NCBI GenBank assembly: GCA_012295275.1
Contig: CM022677.1
Location: forward strand, 12,152,001 to 12,216,000
DNA from: Chrysomallon squamiferum
Lineage: Eukaryota; Animalia; Mollusca
Length of the DNA stretch: 64,000 nucleotides
Direction of reading: 5' to 3'
In this document: one piece after another, positions 1 through 13,099 of the stretch
Layout: the number at the start of each line of letters is the position of its first letter
Numbering within the stretch: position 1 is the stretch's first letter
Notes under the pieces: generated by a model
Seen by the model: the letters and a program-made list of their open reading frames with translations, nothing else
Database searches by the model: none
What the model was told of the DNA's origin: nothing
Translations under genes and position numbers: made by a program

Positions 1-1227
1 GCAATGAGTACGAACAAGATTTGGATTTTTTTTCTGTGCTAGTGATGCAAAACCTTTAATGCAGCTACCATATATGGTGCACCATCAGTACAAATACCAA
101 CACAAAACTTCCACGTCAAATTCATTTTTTTATGTTATCATATCAAAAATATCTTACCTCTAGTAGTTGTTGGCATTTCTTTACAACACAAAAACTGATT
201 GATTATTTCATCATCATTAATGAAACGAACAAATACAAGCAACTGAGCACTGTTACTGATATCGGTCGATTCATCAACTATTAAAGCAAATTTAGATCCT
301 TCAAGTTTTTTCTGAACATTAGTTTCAATGTTTTCAGATAAATCTACAATTCTCCTGTGTATTGTATCATTTGAAAGCAGAATTTTACTAATTTCTTTTT
401 CAGCTGTTTCACCTAACATGGATTTCACCATCTTTTTACAAGCGGGAAGGATAACTGACTCAGCAAGAGTGTGGGATTTGGATTTCATTGCTATTATTTC
501 AGCTACCTCAACTGAAGTGAGTTGAGCCTGTTCAGACACGGCCATTGTTTTCTGAAAAACATTGCGTTGCTTCGATTGCTGTTGTAACAGTCTTTGAAAA
601 TAATTAAGATATTTATCTTATAGGTAGTAATGTTTAGTCGTGAAATGTCTTTGTAATTTATTTGATACCATGGATTCATTGGCCATTTGTTCACAACAAA
701 CTATACATAATGGACACGGTTGAGCAACATCTCCTGACCAAGAAAATCCAAACTTCAAATAATCATCATAATACCGTCTATTATGGTGAACTTTTGCCTT
801 TTTTGTGCTGGATTTTGTGGGCTTTATTCTACCAATGCAATAACAAAAACTGAATATCCTTATTTAATTAATTCACCATATGATTTAACTAAAGTATTTA
901 AAACAGTGAAGTTAATTCGGCAATGGGCATTACGCACGCGCACACACGACCAGTGCGGAACAACACCACACACACAACCTATCACACTGACGTCTCATGG
1001 GCAACTTATCGACCTTCAGCGAAAGGAGCAAAGGTTGGTGGCCGCCACTGATTGGTGGACTTTGAATGTGTGCATATTCATTGGAGAAAGGAAGTTGCTT
1101 CCTCCAAGGCATATTAGTAGAACATGAAACCGAGATTTATGCACATTGTCCGTGTTTTCAGGTGTTCGTCACAAAGTTTCGCGACACACCTGAGGGAGCC
1201 TCGCGACACGGCGGTTGAGAATCACTG
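1..1227 (-). mobile_element. Degenerate hAT (Charlie/ZBED5-SCAND3-like) DNA transposon, 5' end; runs off the window start
   Basis: Minus strand begins with a Charlie-type TIR, CAGTGATTCTCAACC, at 1227. Frameshifted transposase pieces: RRYYDDYLKFGFSW..CPLCIVC..NKLQRHFTTKH (~780-630), ORF 138-545 HTLAESVILPAC..SNDTIHRRI..FALIVDESTDISNSAQLLVFVRF, and GICTDGAP (~105-70). Confidence 0.92.
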
Positions 1228-1239
1228 CTCTAAGTAAAT

Positions 1240-2270
1240 GAATTCATCTACATTACAATCCATCAATAACTATCCATGCATCACCTATTCATCTTTACAT
1301 AACTACTTTACATATCTACCTTTCTCTGTTACTGTCCATTTATAACTCTCATTCACCATTCCCATATTTAGCCATCCTTATCACTGGCACACACAAACAC
1401 ATGCATTTTCTTATGCATATGCATGTGGTTATCACCTATCTACCTATCTATGTACATCTCTATATGTATGTCTATGTATTCAATTTTTCAGTCCATCAAC
1501 CTACCTAGTAGTTTATATCTGCCTATTTTTCTTTTATCGTGTAAATCCATTGACATCAATTACCATCAATACACCAATCAGTCATTTAAACATCTCCTTG
1601 CCTACATACTTACATATCCACCTTCAAATATCCCTATATTTCTGTATGTTTGCACACATATATACTCAATGTATTCACACACTTCAAAAAAGACAAGTAA
1701 ATTTACCTTTCAATACACATCTGTATACTAGTCCCTTATGCATACCTACACCTGCATGTGTGTGTATATCTACATATATCTCCATATCAAACTACTGATC
1801 TACTGACCTACCTACCTATCTGTCTCTCTGTGTGTCTGCTGTGTGACTGATAGATAGAGATAAATAGAGATAGATTACATATAAACCTACTGAACTACCT
1901 ACTATCTATATATATCTATTGAACTACTGACCTACCTTCCTGTCTGTTTATCTATCCACATTACAGATTGATAACTATCCGTCAATCATCTATCCAACTC
2001 CCTATCACACTGCCTAGCTACATATCTAACTAAGCCTACATAGCTACATTACAACCTGTGTACTTTACTGTGTGTCTACACTCTCAGCCTGGCACACATG
2101 TTTGTCTATCTGCCTAAATTCATCTGTATCTATAAATGTACTTGTTAACTTCTACTGATCTAACTATCAGTCTATCAATCTCTCTCTCTTTCTTTCTGTT
2201 TAGCTTCCTGTTTATCTCTTTACCTGTTAACCTCCCATCAGACAGTCAGTCTCATATTTGTCAATCATCT
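1240..2270. repeat. Degenerate low-complexity (CTAT/CA/CT-rich) simple-repeat tract
   Basis: Runs of tcta/ccta/caca/tctc. ORFs 1423-1731 and 1550-1798 are low-complexity translations of this tract. Confidence 0.7.
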
Positions 2271-2329
2271 TTTCATTTCTTCAAATGGTTGCTCTCAAGT
2301 TAACTTCTAATTTTCTTTATGAAAATAAC

Positions 2330-2950
2330 ATTATCTAGCTGTAAATATCATTACTCCACATCTTTTAACTTCTTCTGCACTAATTTCTAATTAGTAATGT
2401 AGAAACACACAGATCTTTTGCAGTGTCATTAGTCATTACAGTGGAAGTTTTTTGTTCCCTTCCATAATAACCAAGAACCATCCACTTTTAACTATTGGAG
2501 AATAATCAGTCAACACTGATGTGTATTGTCAACAACTTTTCTGTCTGGAAACTGCTGTGGAATGAAAAATCCATAATGTAACCTGTATAGTCTTCTCCAT
2601 ATTCTTGTAACTGAAGCTGATTCCAGAATCATGTCTTTCCTGTAGATACAATAATAAAATTTAATAGAATAATTATTTAGAAGTATTTTTTCATTGTCTG
2701 TAATGTTAGAAAGGCATTATTATAAATAAATATCATCCATCTTATTATCATAGGTTTAATAATAAATAACAGATAATTTAAATAAAAATGTAGATCTCTG
2801 AAAAAAGGATCAATACAACTAAAAAAGTGTGTTTTATAAAGATAAGTGAAAATATTTCTTTATGAATGATTTTCTAATACTAAACAAGAAGACTGCATTG
2901 ATTAGATCAAAGTGTGTTAAAGGTAATCAATACAAACATAACATGGAAAT

Positions 2951-3004
<54 letters not shown>

Positions 3005-3428
3005 TTTCTCAAGGCTGAAATCCATAACATTGTGAATAATCCTCTGAATCTTCAGCACTGACCTGCCTTGTACTGTAAGGGAGAGCGTGAGATCTGAAAA
3101 CCTCTATTTTTGACCAAGTCTTTAAAAGAAATACAAAATCTGACTTGACAGTTTCCACCTGTAAATTGAAAAGTATTCGTTATCATCAGCCTCTGAAAAA
3201 ATGTGAGGCATTTTAGTTAAATAACTAATTTTTGTACTACCTCTAATGCACTGAATATGGAAATAAATATTAAAATAAAAAATTATAAATGGTTTCAAGT
3301 ACTGTTTTACAACAACGTACTCAGAGTTGTCCGCTATGGAGTTTTAGAAGAGTAACGTGTCCACATTATGGTAATATTATCGGCCAATGTGAATGAAAAT
3401 TATTTATTTTAATTTAATTTATTTTATT

Positions 3429-3496
<68 letters not shown>

Positions 3497-3915
3497 GTTG
3501 TTGTTGTTTTTTTTTTGGTTGGCTGGTGACGTCTTAATAATAAATGGAAACAAATATATCTAAGTAAATAAAGAAATGAAAAAATAAAATAGTACGAAAT
3601 GGGTACAAGATGGTATGACGTCAAAATCACACACACACACACACACACACAATTAATAATAATTAAAAAAATGTTTCGACCTTTGCAGCAATTACTACTA
3701 AATAACAGACATCTGTATATAAGCGGCATTGATATATTTCTCCAAGTTACCTCTAATAATCCATGTATAATTGATTGCATCATGAAGAAATACCTATTTA
3801 AAAGTTTGTGAACACTGATCGGCGTTCGACGCTGCCATCTTGGTTTCCATCGGAAATTTCCGTGCACGCTCGTCATAATTTGTGCCGTTACGAGTAATCG
3901 TTCCTGATGGTCCAT
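2330..3915 (-). pseudogene. Degraded three-exon gene of unknown family
   Basis: Donor after 3794 (AATAG|gtattt), 96-nt exon 3158-3063 (ttacag| ... CAG|gtcagt), exon from 2639 (ctacag|). The phase-2 join reads ..RWQRRTPISVHKLLNR-WKLSSQILYFF*RLGQK*RFSDLTLSLTVQGR-KDMILESASVTRIWRRLYRLHYGFFIPQQFPDRKVVDNT, with stops and later frameshifts. Confidence 0.4.
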
Positions 3916-4380
3916 TTTACCATAAGTATTCTACTCGAAATTGTAGTCGAATTTACAATATTTTGACGGTCTGACTTTGCTTTTATTATTTTTTAAAGTT
4001 TTATTATTAAATAGGATTCAAATAATAATATCCTAAATATATTGTATTGGATATGTGCAAATATACCAAAAATTTCAAATAAAAACAAAATAAATGAAAA
4101 AATGAATCAAATAGGCATTTTAGAATAACACATTAAATAAATCAAAAATAAAGGAACTGGTTATTTAAAAGACAAATAAAACGCAGGGAATGTTAATAAG
4201 CCGGTTCTATTTGCTACAAAATAGTATGCAAAATTAGTTATTTTCATCTAAAAGCAGCAAATCTGAATTATCGTTACCTCGCATTTGCGAGGTGTAATCT
4301 ATTTCAGAAGTTCGTGGTCTACGGGAAATAACGCTATTTAACACATTGGTTATTATACAAAAAAGACTGAGTGTTGAGTA

Positions 4381-4440
<60 letters not shown>

Positions 4441-4653
4441 GAAAAAAAAGAAGAAATCACCGGGAATAATCATTTCTTACTCTTTTCTTTTCTCCTTGTT
4501 TCAGTATTCTTTATTAATTATTATTTTATTTATCATTTTAATTAGTATTATTGTAGTTATTGTTGTCGTTTTTATCGTTAATGTCGTTATGTAAGATATT
4601 ATTACTGTCCTCATTATAAACAAAGAAACAGTTATAATAGATAAATAGATTAG

Positions 4654-4686
<33 letters not shown>

Positions 4687-5176
4687 TATTATTATTATTG
4701 CTTTTTTTTTTTTGTTCAGTTAATTAATTTGCGTTTTAATCTCATAGAAAACTTAGCTTGTCGATGTGAAAAATGTTCTTGTTCAAATAAATGTAACTCA
4801 GTTTTCACCATCCTTCTCACGTTTTCAATTTTAACGCTATGTCTTATTTCTCTCCAGATTATTCCTAGTTGAATATTAATTGTCCAATTGTCAATTTATT
4901 TTATCAGTGGATAATAGAATATTACTTCCTTGTATAATCTCCCAATAGTTAATTAAGAATTAATCTGTAACAGCGCAGTTACAGAACTTGTCTTATAATA
5001 TACATGGTTCATCTCCCTTTTCTCGCCTTTTTACTTTATTTTTAATAGTGCCTGTTTAACGTTTCTCAGTATTCTAGACTATACAAGTATTTATGCAAGA
5101 TAAATATCAACAATATGGAGAAGCTAATTTATCTTAAAGTCGCCTGACACCTCTCGAATGCAATCTACTATCTTAA

Positions 5177-5234
<58 letters not shown>

Positions 5235-7270
5235 TAGAAGACATTCAATATTTTCCTTACAGATCCTTAATGTTGATTCCTTATTCAACTCGTTAGGTAC
5301 GTTATACCAGTTAAGGAAAAACTAAGCTTATTATTTATTTATTTATTTATTTATTTATTATGCGAAACAAAATTGTCTAATATTGTTAATTAAAAAAGAA
5401 TGCCTGTATTTTTCAATACATAATATTACCGCTACGCCTCTGTTAACAACATAAAACATGTAACATAAATAGTGATGGGGGTCTGTATTTTGAGTATTTA
5501 CTGAAACACGAAGCTTTGACGTGCAGTTTTCATAACGCCGTGTAAAATTAATCTTACTTAGCTTTTCAGTGAAACGTGTTGTGATGTTGGTAAAATGAAA
5601 CATGTTCTGATGTTAATCGAATGTCACTGAAGAGTTCTCGATATTTTTGGATTTTACATATAATTCTACTGTTATTTATAAAAACACGCTAATATCACAG
5701 TAATATCACACCTGTAGTGCTACAGTATAAACATAAAAAAAAAAAAAAACCGTACAACATCAACAACAACAACAGCAAAAGAAAAGAACATATTAATCTT
5801 TATGTGCTTTCTTTACTTTTCAGCATCCATAACTCTTGAAACGTTAACATCATCGCTCCAGTCTGGATGTCAATATATTTTATGACGTAGCTAAAGCTTC
5901 ACACAGACAAGTAACCTGGAGATATCCACTTTTCAATCCTCTTTATTGACAAACAGAACGTGATGTTGTATTTTTGTATTTATTTTTATTTTTTGTTTAC
6001 ATAAAAATAAAAACGTGAAAATGAGCGACACATTTATTTGAGAAGCTCTATGAATAATAATAATAAATAATAAAAATAAGGATGATGATAATAATGATGA
6101 TGATGATGATAATGATGATGATGATAATAAATACATTAATTAATTAATAAATAAATAAACATTACATAATAAAAAATGTATGGCGTACATTTATTGCAAT
6201 TTATTATATAGGTCAGAGGTGTATATTGAAAATATATAATGTCACATTGTTATACAATTAAAACTAAATCTCTAAAATTGAATTAATAAAAACAAAACAT
6301 AATATACTGCAGGGAAATAGAGTTATGTACCCTTTTTTCAACATTAGCTGAAGTGTTGATACTTGGCTTATATTCCACTGGAATAATTTAGAAACTGAGA
6401 AATAGAGCGAGTTAGATTTCCAGATCAATGTTTTCAATACATACTATTACCACTATGCCTCTGTTAACAAACATAAAACATGTAACATAAATAGTGATGG
6501 CGGTTCTTATTTTCATAACAACGTGTAAAATTACTCGTACTTAGCTTTTCAATGAAACATGTTGTGTTAATAAAATTTCACATTAATATGGAAGCGTTCT
6601 CGACATTCTGGATTTCACATATAATTCTACTGTTGTTTATAAAAACACGCTAACCCGAAACCCCAATCTACATTTCTGAATGTACACAGTTTTCACAGTA
6701 AAATCCTACAGTTATAAAAAAGATCGAATATTGTTTTTTCGTGTTTTATTGTGTGTTTTTTTCTCTCTTCCGGACAGTAGTAGTAATAGAATAAATTACC
6801 ATTTTTATAATTCCACACAAAGTGTTGGATGTATTTTAGAAATATACTTTTTCTAAGCAGGAGAAAGATGAAGGTGATTTTCATTAATTACACCACAGAC
6901 TGTGTTTTTTATTAGTACCTGGTAATTCAGTTTTAATAAGTATATTTTAATAAATGTGGTACTTTATACAACTGCTATTGTTTTGTGAAGAAATGTTTGG
7001 GTGAAACTTGTGAAGACAAGTCGGGTTGTGCAGACGTGTAGCTGACTGTCTGAATAACACGTGATTCAGTAAAAATACCGCTGGCCAGTTTTGTTCTTCT
7101 AAAAATCAGTGTCGAGACATAATAAAACTTGTATCTGAGTATTTACTAAAACACGAAACTTTGATGTACTACGAAATTTTCTAGACATAATTTGTGACGC
7201 TGGACAAAGTTTATGTTCTATAAACAAATAAAATTTCAGTTTTATATGAATAAACTGAGGTTCAACCAAA
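3380..7270. repeat. Segmental duplication, inverted copy of ~53470-56730
   Basis: Reverse-complement matches: 3815-3860 vs 56330-56378, 4240-4320 vs 55900-55980, 5840-5960 vs 54325-54445, 6985-7100 vs 53612-53730. Confidence 0.9.
5410..6652 (+). repeat. Local direct duplication (~5410-5692 vs ~6430-6652)
   Basis: Both copies share cctctgttaacaa(a)cataaaacatgtaacataaatagtgatgg and end with ataattctactgtt..ttataaaaacacgctaa. Confidence 0.8.
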
Positions 7271-7558
7271 AATAGAATGATGTAGAACAAAAAATAACTA
7301 TTTTATTACTGATTATTTTTCTTAAATAAATAAATTAATTAATTTAATTTTAAATCATGGATGTTGGATATTAATGTTATATGCATTACATATGTATCTT
7401 TCCACTGAAAATTAATAACAAGATTCAAAAATTAAGAGAAAACGATTTTTAAAAAACCATTGATAATATTTTACATTATTCAAACAGTGGTAAATTCTGT
7501 AAACGAAATAATAGTGAAATAAATTCAAAATATCTGTTTATTGATATGAATATTATTA

Positions 7559-8127
7559 CCGTATATACTTGTGTATAAGTCGAATTTTTGGGAGACTATA
7601 TTAAGGTAATATCTTGGGGTCCACTTATACATAGGTAATGCTTTTGTAGCTGAAGAGTCGCCATTTTGACTATTTTTTGCATCTAAAATAATCGCGGTCT
7701 TTCAGCTTTTTAAAAATATAATTTTATCGTATAAAAATTTTTTAAAAATTAAATAACAAAACCAAATATGAATGTAAAACATGATATTCTTCCGTTTAAT
7801 GACATAAAAATACATCTTAAAGCGAGAAAACCGTCAGTACGGCGTTATGCCTTACGGCGTCTTGCAATGATTTAGGCTATAGCTCGTGTAATACATGCAT
7901 TTACGTTATTATGGTATGTTCGTGCAAGTTACAGCTCGTGCACGTTATGTTACAGTAGGCGTACAATGTAGGCCTTCATGGCACTGTCACACTGGTCTAA
8001 AAATAGTGACGGTGCCTGGAATCTACAGTCGACTTATACACAAGTAATACCTAAAATGACACAATTTTTGGTCTTAAAATACACATCGACTTATACATAA
8101 GATCGCCTTGTACACAAGTATATACGG
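7559..8127. mobile_element. Non-autonomous Tc1/mariner (Tc2/pogo-like) MITE, 569 bp
   Basis: TIRs CCGTATATACTTGTGTA / TACACAAGTATATACGG flanked by TA on both sides; subterminal cgacttataca repeats; no ORF. Confidence 0.9.
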
Positions 8128-8499
8128 TATGTTTTTGTAATATTTTCTAATTTCTTTCTAGATTTGCTTTAAGTTCTAAAAGTGAATAATGTGTTACAGA
8201 AATGTGTAATAAACTTTAGTTCAATTAAGATATTCTATATTTAGGTAATGTTCTATGAATTTGTGAAGGAAAAATAGTACATAATACAAATGTTGATGAA
8301 CTTCTCACAAACACAGATTACTAATATATAACTGTTAAAACAAATATAAACAGAGTATAAGCAACATTAAAATGTGTAAATATGTGTGCATAATAATTTA
8401 GTTAGGAAAGAAGTACGTATTTGTAAAACATTTATCTATTTTATTTCTGAAATAACTAAACATAAACACTGGGTAATGTAAAATAGATGAGTTATAACT

Positions 8500-11470
8500 G
8501 GAGTGAAATGATGGTTAAACATGCTCTAGTCTAGCTGATTGTATTGTACGTTTGTTATAGGACTGTAGCATGTACATTTTCCTTCTATCTATTTTGCTAT
8601 AGCAGAAATGTGATCTGTGATGTCCACATCTTCTCAAATAGATGTTACATATATCCCTCATAACAAGCCAGCTTAATTATTATCATATACAACTTGAAGT
8701 TAGTAATGTTAACGAATATTGTAAATTACAATTTTAATATTTAATCTAATCACAAAAATCTATAATTATTATTATTATTATTATTTTAATTTTCTTTTAT
8801 TAACAGGAATAAAGCATGGAGTAAAATGCATAATATACTAGACAAGACAAACAGTCGATGCTGACTCAGTTATTACATCTACCTATTTCACTATGTTTTA
8901 GTATCATTATCAAACTGAACTGAAGATTATGTATAATTATATTCACCATTATCATTCTATTTAATGTGATCCTTCTAATTACATGATTTCAGTTTTGCCT
9001 CTGTATTGTGTGAAACAAAAGATGGAATAAAACATTGACACAGAACAAAATTATAAATACAATCTATTACTTAAATAATCACAAGTTTGTTAAAGGAAGG
9101 AGTGGAGTACACACATGTATATATGTATACAAACACTTACTGACTGACTGTTGTTTTTGCTGTTGTAAATTCTATTACAATACATTAAAACATTTAAAAA
9201 AGGTATATAAAATTAGCAGTAAACAGAAAAATAAATGAAAAAGTAAGCTAACTTAAAAAATAAAGACATAAATCTAAAAATGACATATCAAAATAATTTT
9301 GAGTAAATTTCCTAAAAGTAGAAAAAAATTAAATAAAACATAAAAAGTCTGGGCTTCATGTTTTGCTAAAATTGGAGTTAGTAACTTTAACAAATGTATT
9401 AAAGTATAAGATTAATGTAATAACAAACATTTTTTTTTTTTTTTTTTTTTTTTAGGAGTAAAGTAAAGGATGAGGCATAACAGTTGGTAAAACTCCAACG
9501 AAGAGACAATTATTTAACTAACCTAAAATACACATTATATATTTATTTACAATTACCTATTAATATAATAATATTAACGCAGTTTTATACCTAAATAGTA
9601 AAGTAATATTAAAAATTATGTAAATTTTCAAACTGGACTTGATCTGAAAAATTATACATTTGTCAGCAACACCAGTATTATAATAATTATCATTATTAAA
9701 TTTACATTAATGATTTTGTGTTATAAGATTTTAGAGTCTTTATATTAAGACCAGTGGAAGGTGAATTTGAATGATTAGCACAGGGTCAGGGGGAGAAATG
9801 GGATGTATGCAACTTACTGCTTGATGGTGTTGTTCCTGTTGTTGATTCAAATATAAACACATTAAAATAAATAAAATAAGAAATGCAAATCAATTAAGCT
9901 TTTGTACAGTTGAAAAGTCAATAAATGGAGTAAATGCATTTTAAAAATGAAAAACAAAAATCTCCAACAAATAATAATATTATTATTACTATTATTATCA
10001 TTATGTAATATCAAAGGACAAGCTAATGTGAGAAGTGAATCTGGTTACTAAAACTAGACAAGTAACAGTAATATCTAATTTACAAACTATAATTTCAGAT
10101 AATAAATCAGGATTATAATCATATCAAATGTAAATATTCTGCTTAGACTCATTAAAACATTCATACAGAACATTCCACAACAAAATACACTGACAGCACA
10201 TGTCAACAATTCCATGTTGGTAAATTCTGAGTTCAGGCCAAAAATACTCAAAAGGGTTTATTTGGAAAAAGAAAAAAAAAAGAAAAGGAATCTCTACATT
10301 ATATAAAAAACAAAGTATGTAATAATAACAATGATGTTCTATCATCTATGGGGGGAAATACAAGAAAAAGAAAATAAACTGGGGTTTGAAGTTACTCACA
10401 ATTTTAGTTAATATATTGTTAATCTGTTATAGAAGTTCTTAATGCAAACATAATCAAGACCGCACCGCTAAAAAGGTCTTACAGTGTATAACAAACCTAG
10501 CAGATTTTGCAGTGTGTGTGTGTGTTTGTGAAGCATTAAGCTATACATTTATCTATGCTAATAACCCTAATAGTTTGGAATACTCAGTCTGTAAGAAAAA
10601 AAGTATCAATATAATACAGACATTTTTTAAAAACTACTGTTTTGTTATATCAGAGATAAAAGACAGAAATAAAGTGTTCCTTGCTTAGTTAAGCGGAATC
10701 CATAAACAATCAATGCATCTAGAATTTAATTAAAATAACCTTTCATGTTGTGTAGTAGCTAAGTGTGTTGATCTGAATCATACAAAAAGTTTGGAATTAA
10801 AATCAATTAAATTTGAAATTCCTTAATTTTCTTTAATCTGATGATCAACATCTTTGTGATTCTGTCTGGCAGGATGTTGGTTCACTGTTGTACTGTCACT
10901 CATATCATCAATTTCATTCAGTGAATCACTGACTGACTGTTGACAATCTTCAGATCTTGTGTGTTCTTTACAGACATCTTTACTGACTGGTTGATTTGCA
11001 GGTTGTATAGTGATTTCATTACGTGAGTAATCTTCAGACCTTTTAACTTCTTCATCATTCCCTTTGTAAGTGGGTGAAGATTCATTAGCAGTCCTAACTT
11101 TGACAGATGTGAACTTTCTACATCTTCATTGTGACGTTTTTTGAAAACGTTCTCTTGGATGTTAGAATTTTCTTCTCCTTTGCTAACAGTAAAAGCTGTT
11201 GTCTCAGTTTGACTCTTTTCAATGTTCTTTTCACTGCCCAGTTCAACATTTTCAGTTTTATTTGTTTTCTTTGTGTTTTGGTTTCTCAGTGATATCAAAC
11301 AATATGTTATGATTATACAAAGACCTGTGATAACTGTAATGAGGATAATACAACCTAAAATACTGGAAGAACCTGATCCCAGGTTTGGAATTGTTGTAGG
11401 AACATTTGTTGAACTTCTTTCTTCTGCTAAAAAGGAAATATGCCATTCACTGATTCATCCATAACTTATA
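8500..11470 (-). repeat. Inverted paralog of the gene A TM exon and 3' flank (~22940-26320)
   Basis: Reverse-complement matches across ~3 kb, e.g. 8521-8546 vs 26256-26281, 9340-9362 vs 25392-25412, 11400-11460 vs 22945-23005. Confidence 0.9.
10823..11426 (-). pseudogene. TM plus cytoplasmic-tail exon of an inverted Ig-receptor paralog
   Basis: Acceptor ttag|CA at 11426, phase 1: EERSSTNVPTTIPNLGSGSSSILGCIILITVITGLCIIITYCLISLRNQNTKK. A 1-bp deletion near 11108 relative to gene A shifts the tail (stop at 10918); the ancestral frame ends at 10823. Confidence 0.8.
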
Positions 11471-12117
11471 GTAGCTCACAGTTTTAATTTGTTTATTTGT
11501 GTTTTTCAGGATCATACATGTTTTAAAGTATTAACAGAAAGTTTTAAAATAGGAACATCTAAGTGATAACATTAAAAATAATTAATATTGTAGGAATTTG
11601 GATTATTGTCATATTAAACAATCTGGAGGTTATTTGATATAACACTAAAAAAATCACTCATATGAATTATTAAAAACATTCATGTTAATGAATAATATGA
11701 GCAGAATGTTCATCATAGTAATAATGAATTTTTTGTTTTAAAAGTTCAATATACAGCTTTAAAAATTACATAATTTTATAATAATGTTTAATTTACAGAC
11801 ACACACACACAGACACACACAACCACACACACGCACATCAAAATAATTCTACATTAAATGACTCTTGTAAATAGCAATTGTCTTTTGTTTCAGTTTCAAA
11901 ATAATTCTCCACTAACTGCCACTTTTAGTGATACCAACATGTCTTACTTAGTTTAGTCATCCACCACAACTAAAGCTTATTTGCCAATAATTAATGTGTT
12001 GAAATACGAAAACAATGTGTTTCTTTACTAATTAAAGAAGTACAAGACATTTACTGATAAGTCTTTGGAAATCAAACAAAAATAATGATACCAAAGAAGG
12101 CCTATAGATAGCATCAA

Positions 12118-12184
<67 letters not shown>

Positions 12185-13099
12185 AAAAAAAAATAGTAAT
12201 AAATAAAAATAAAAATTATATTACACAGATGCAGACACACACAAACGGTCTGTATTCACTGGGAAATAACTCTATTGATATGTATAAATTTGGCTATTGA
12301 ACCGAAGTCGGAAAATAGATTTTTATATAATTAATTAGATTAGTAGGTTAGCATCACTCTTCACTAGCCAGCTTGAAGTTCATCTGACTGCAAGCAGCAT
12401 AAAAACTAATCTTGGTTATTTGCTTTTAGAATGTGTATTCAGAGTTATTGAAATTAATAAACACAATCATGTTTATTAGTTACAAACATCAAATATTGTT
12501 TATCACTGTTATTGCCATAGTAATTTGTCAGCGATGGCCCAAATGCAGATTCAGAAATGTGTTGCATTGTGTTGTTACTAAGAAACATATACGTGCTAAT
12601 TAAACAGTTAAACATATTACATTTTATTTGTGATTACTTCTAGAGCAAACCCAATTCCGTATACTGATAGAATCCCTGTGACACTGTCTTGAAAAAAAAA
12701 AAATTTTTTTTTAACAATACCATTCTCTTAAAGGCTCGTTTCTTTTTCTCGAAATTTCGTCACATCAGCAAGATAGAGTTTCTTCACCCGTACTTTCGAT
12801 GTTATCTTTTACAAAAAAAAATTAAAAGTTAAATAAGGAGAAATAAAACAGCAATTTAGACATAAACGATTTAATAGATGATAAATATTAAACAAACAGT
12901 AAATCACTTACTAATCCAATTTAAACAAAAACGATTTAATAGATGATAGATATTAAACAAACAGTAAAACATTTACAAATTCAATTTAGACAAATAGATT
13001 AAGAAATAATTGTATTTCATAGTGGGTTCATTAATCGAGGTTTCATTCACACTCCCACTTGGTTCACTTGAAATATGAGGTCTCGTTTTGCTTTATGAA

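Noticed and set aside
3063-3158. SNAPC1-like reading (FKQVETVKSDF..W) of the minus-strand exon
   Set aside because: The resemblance is superficial and does not continue into the next exon; no gene symbol assigned.
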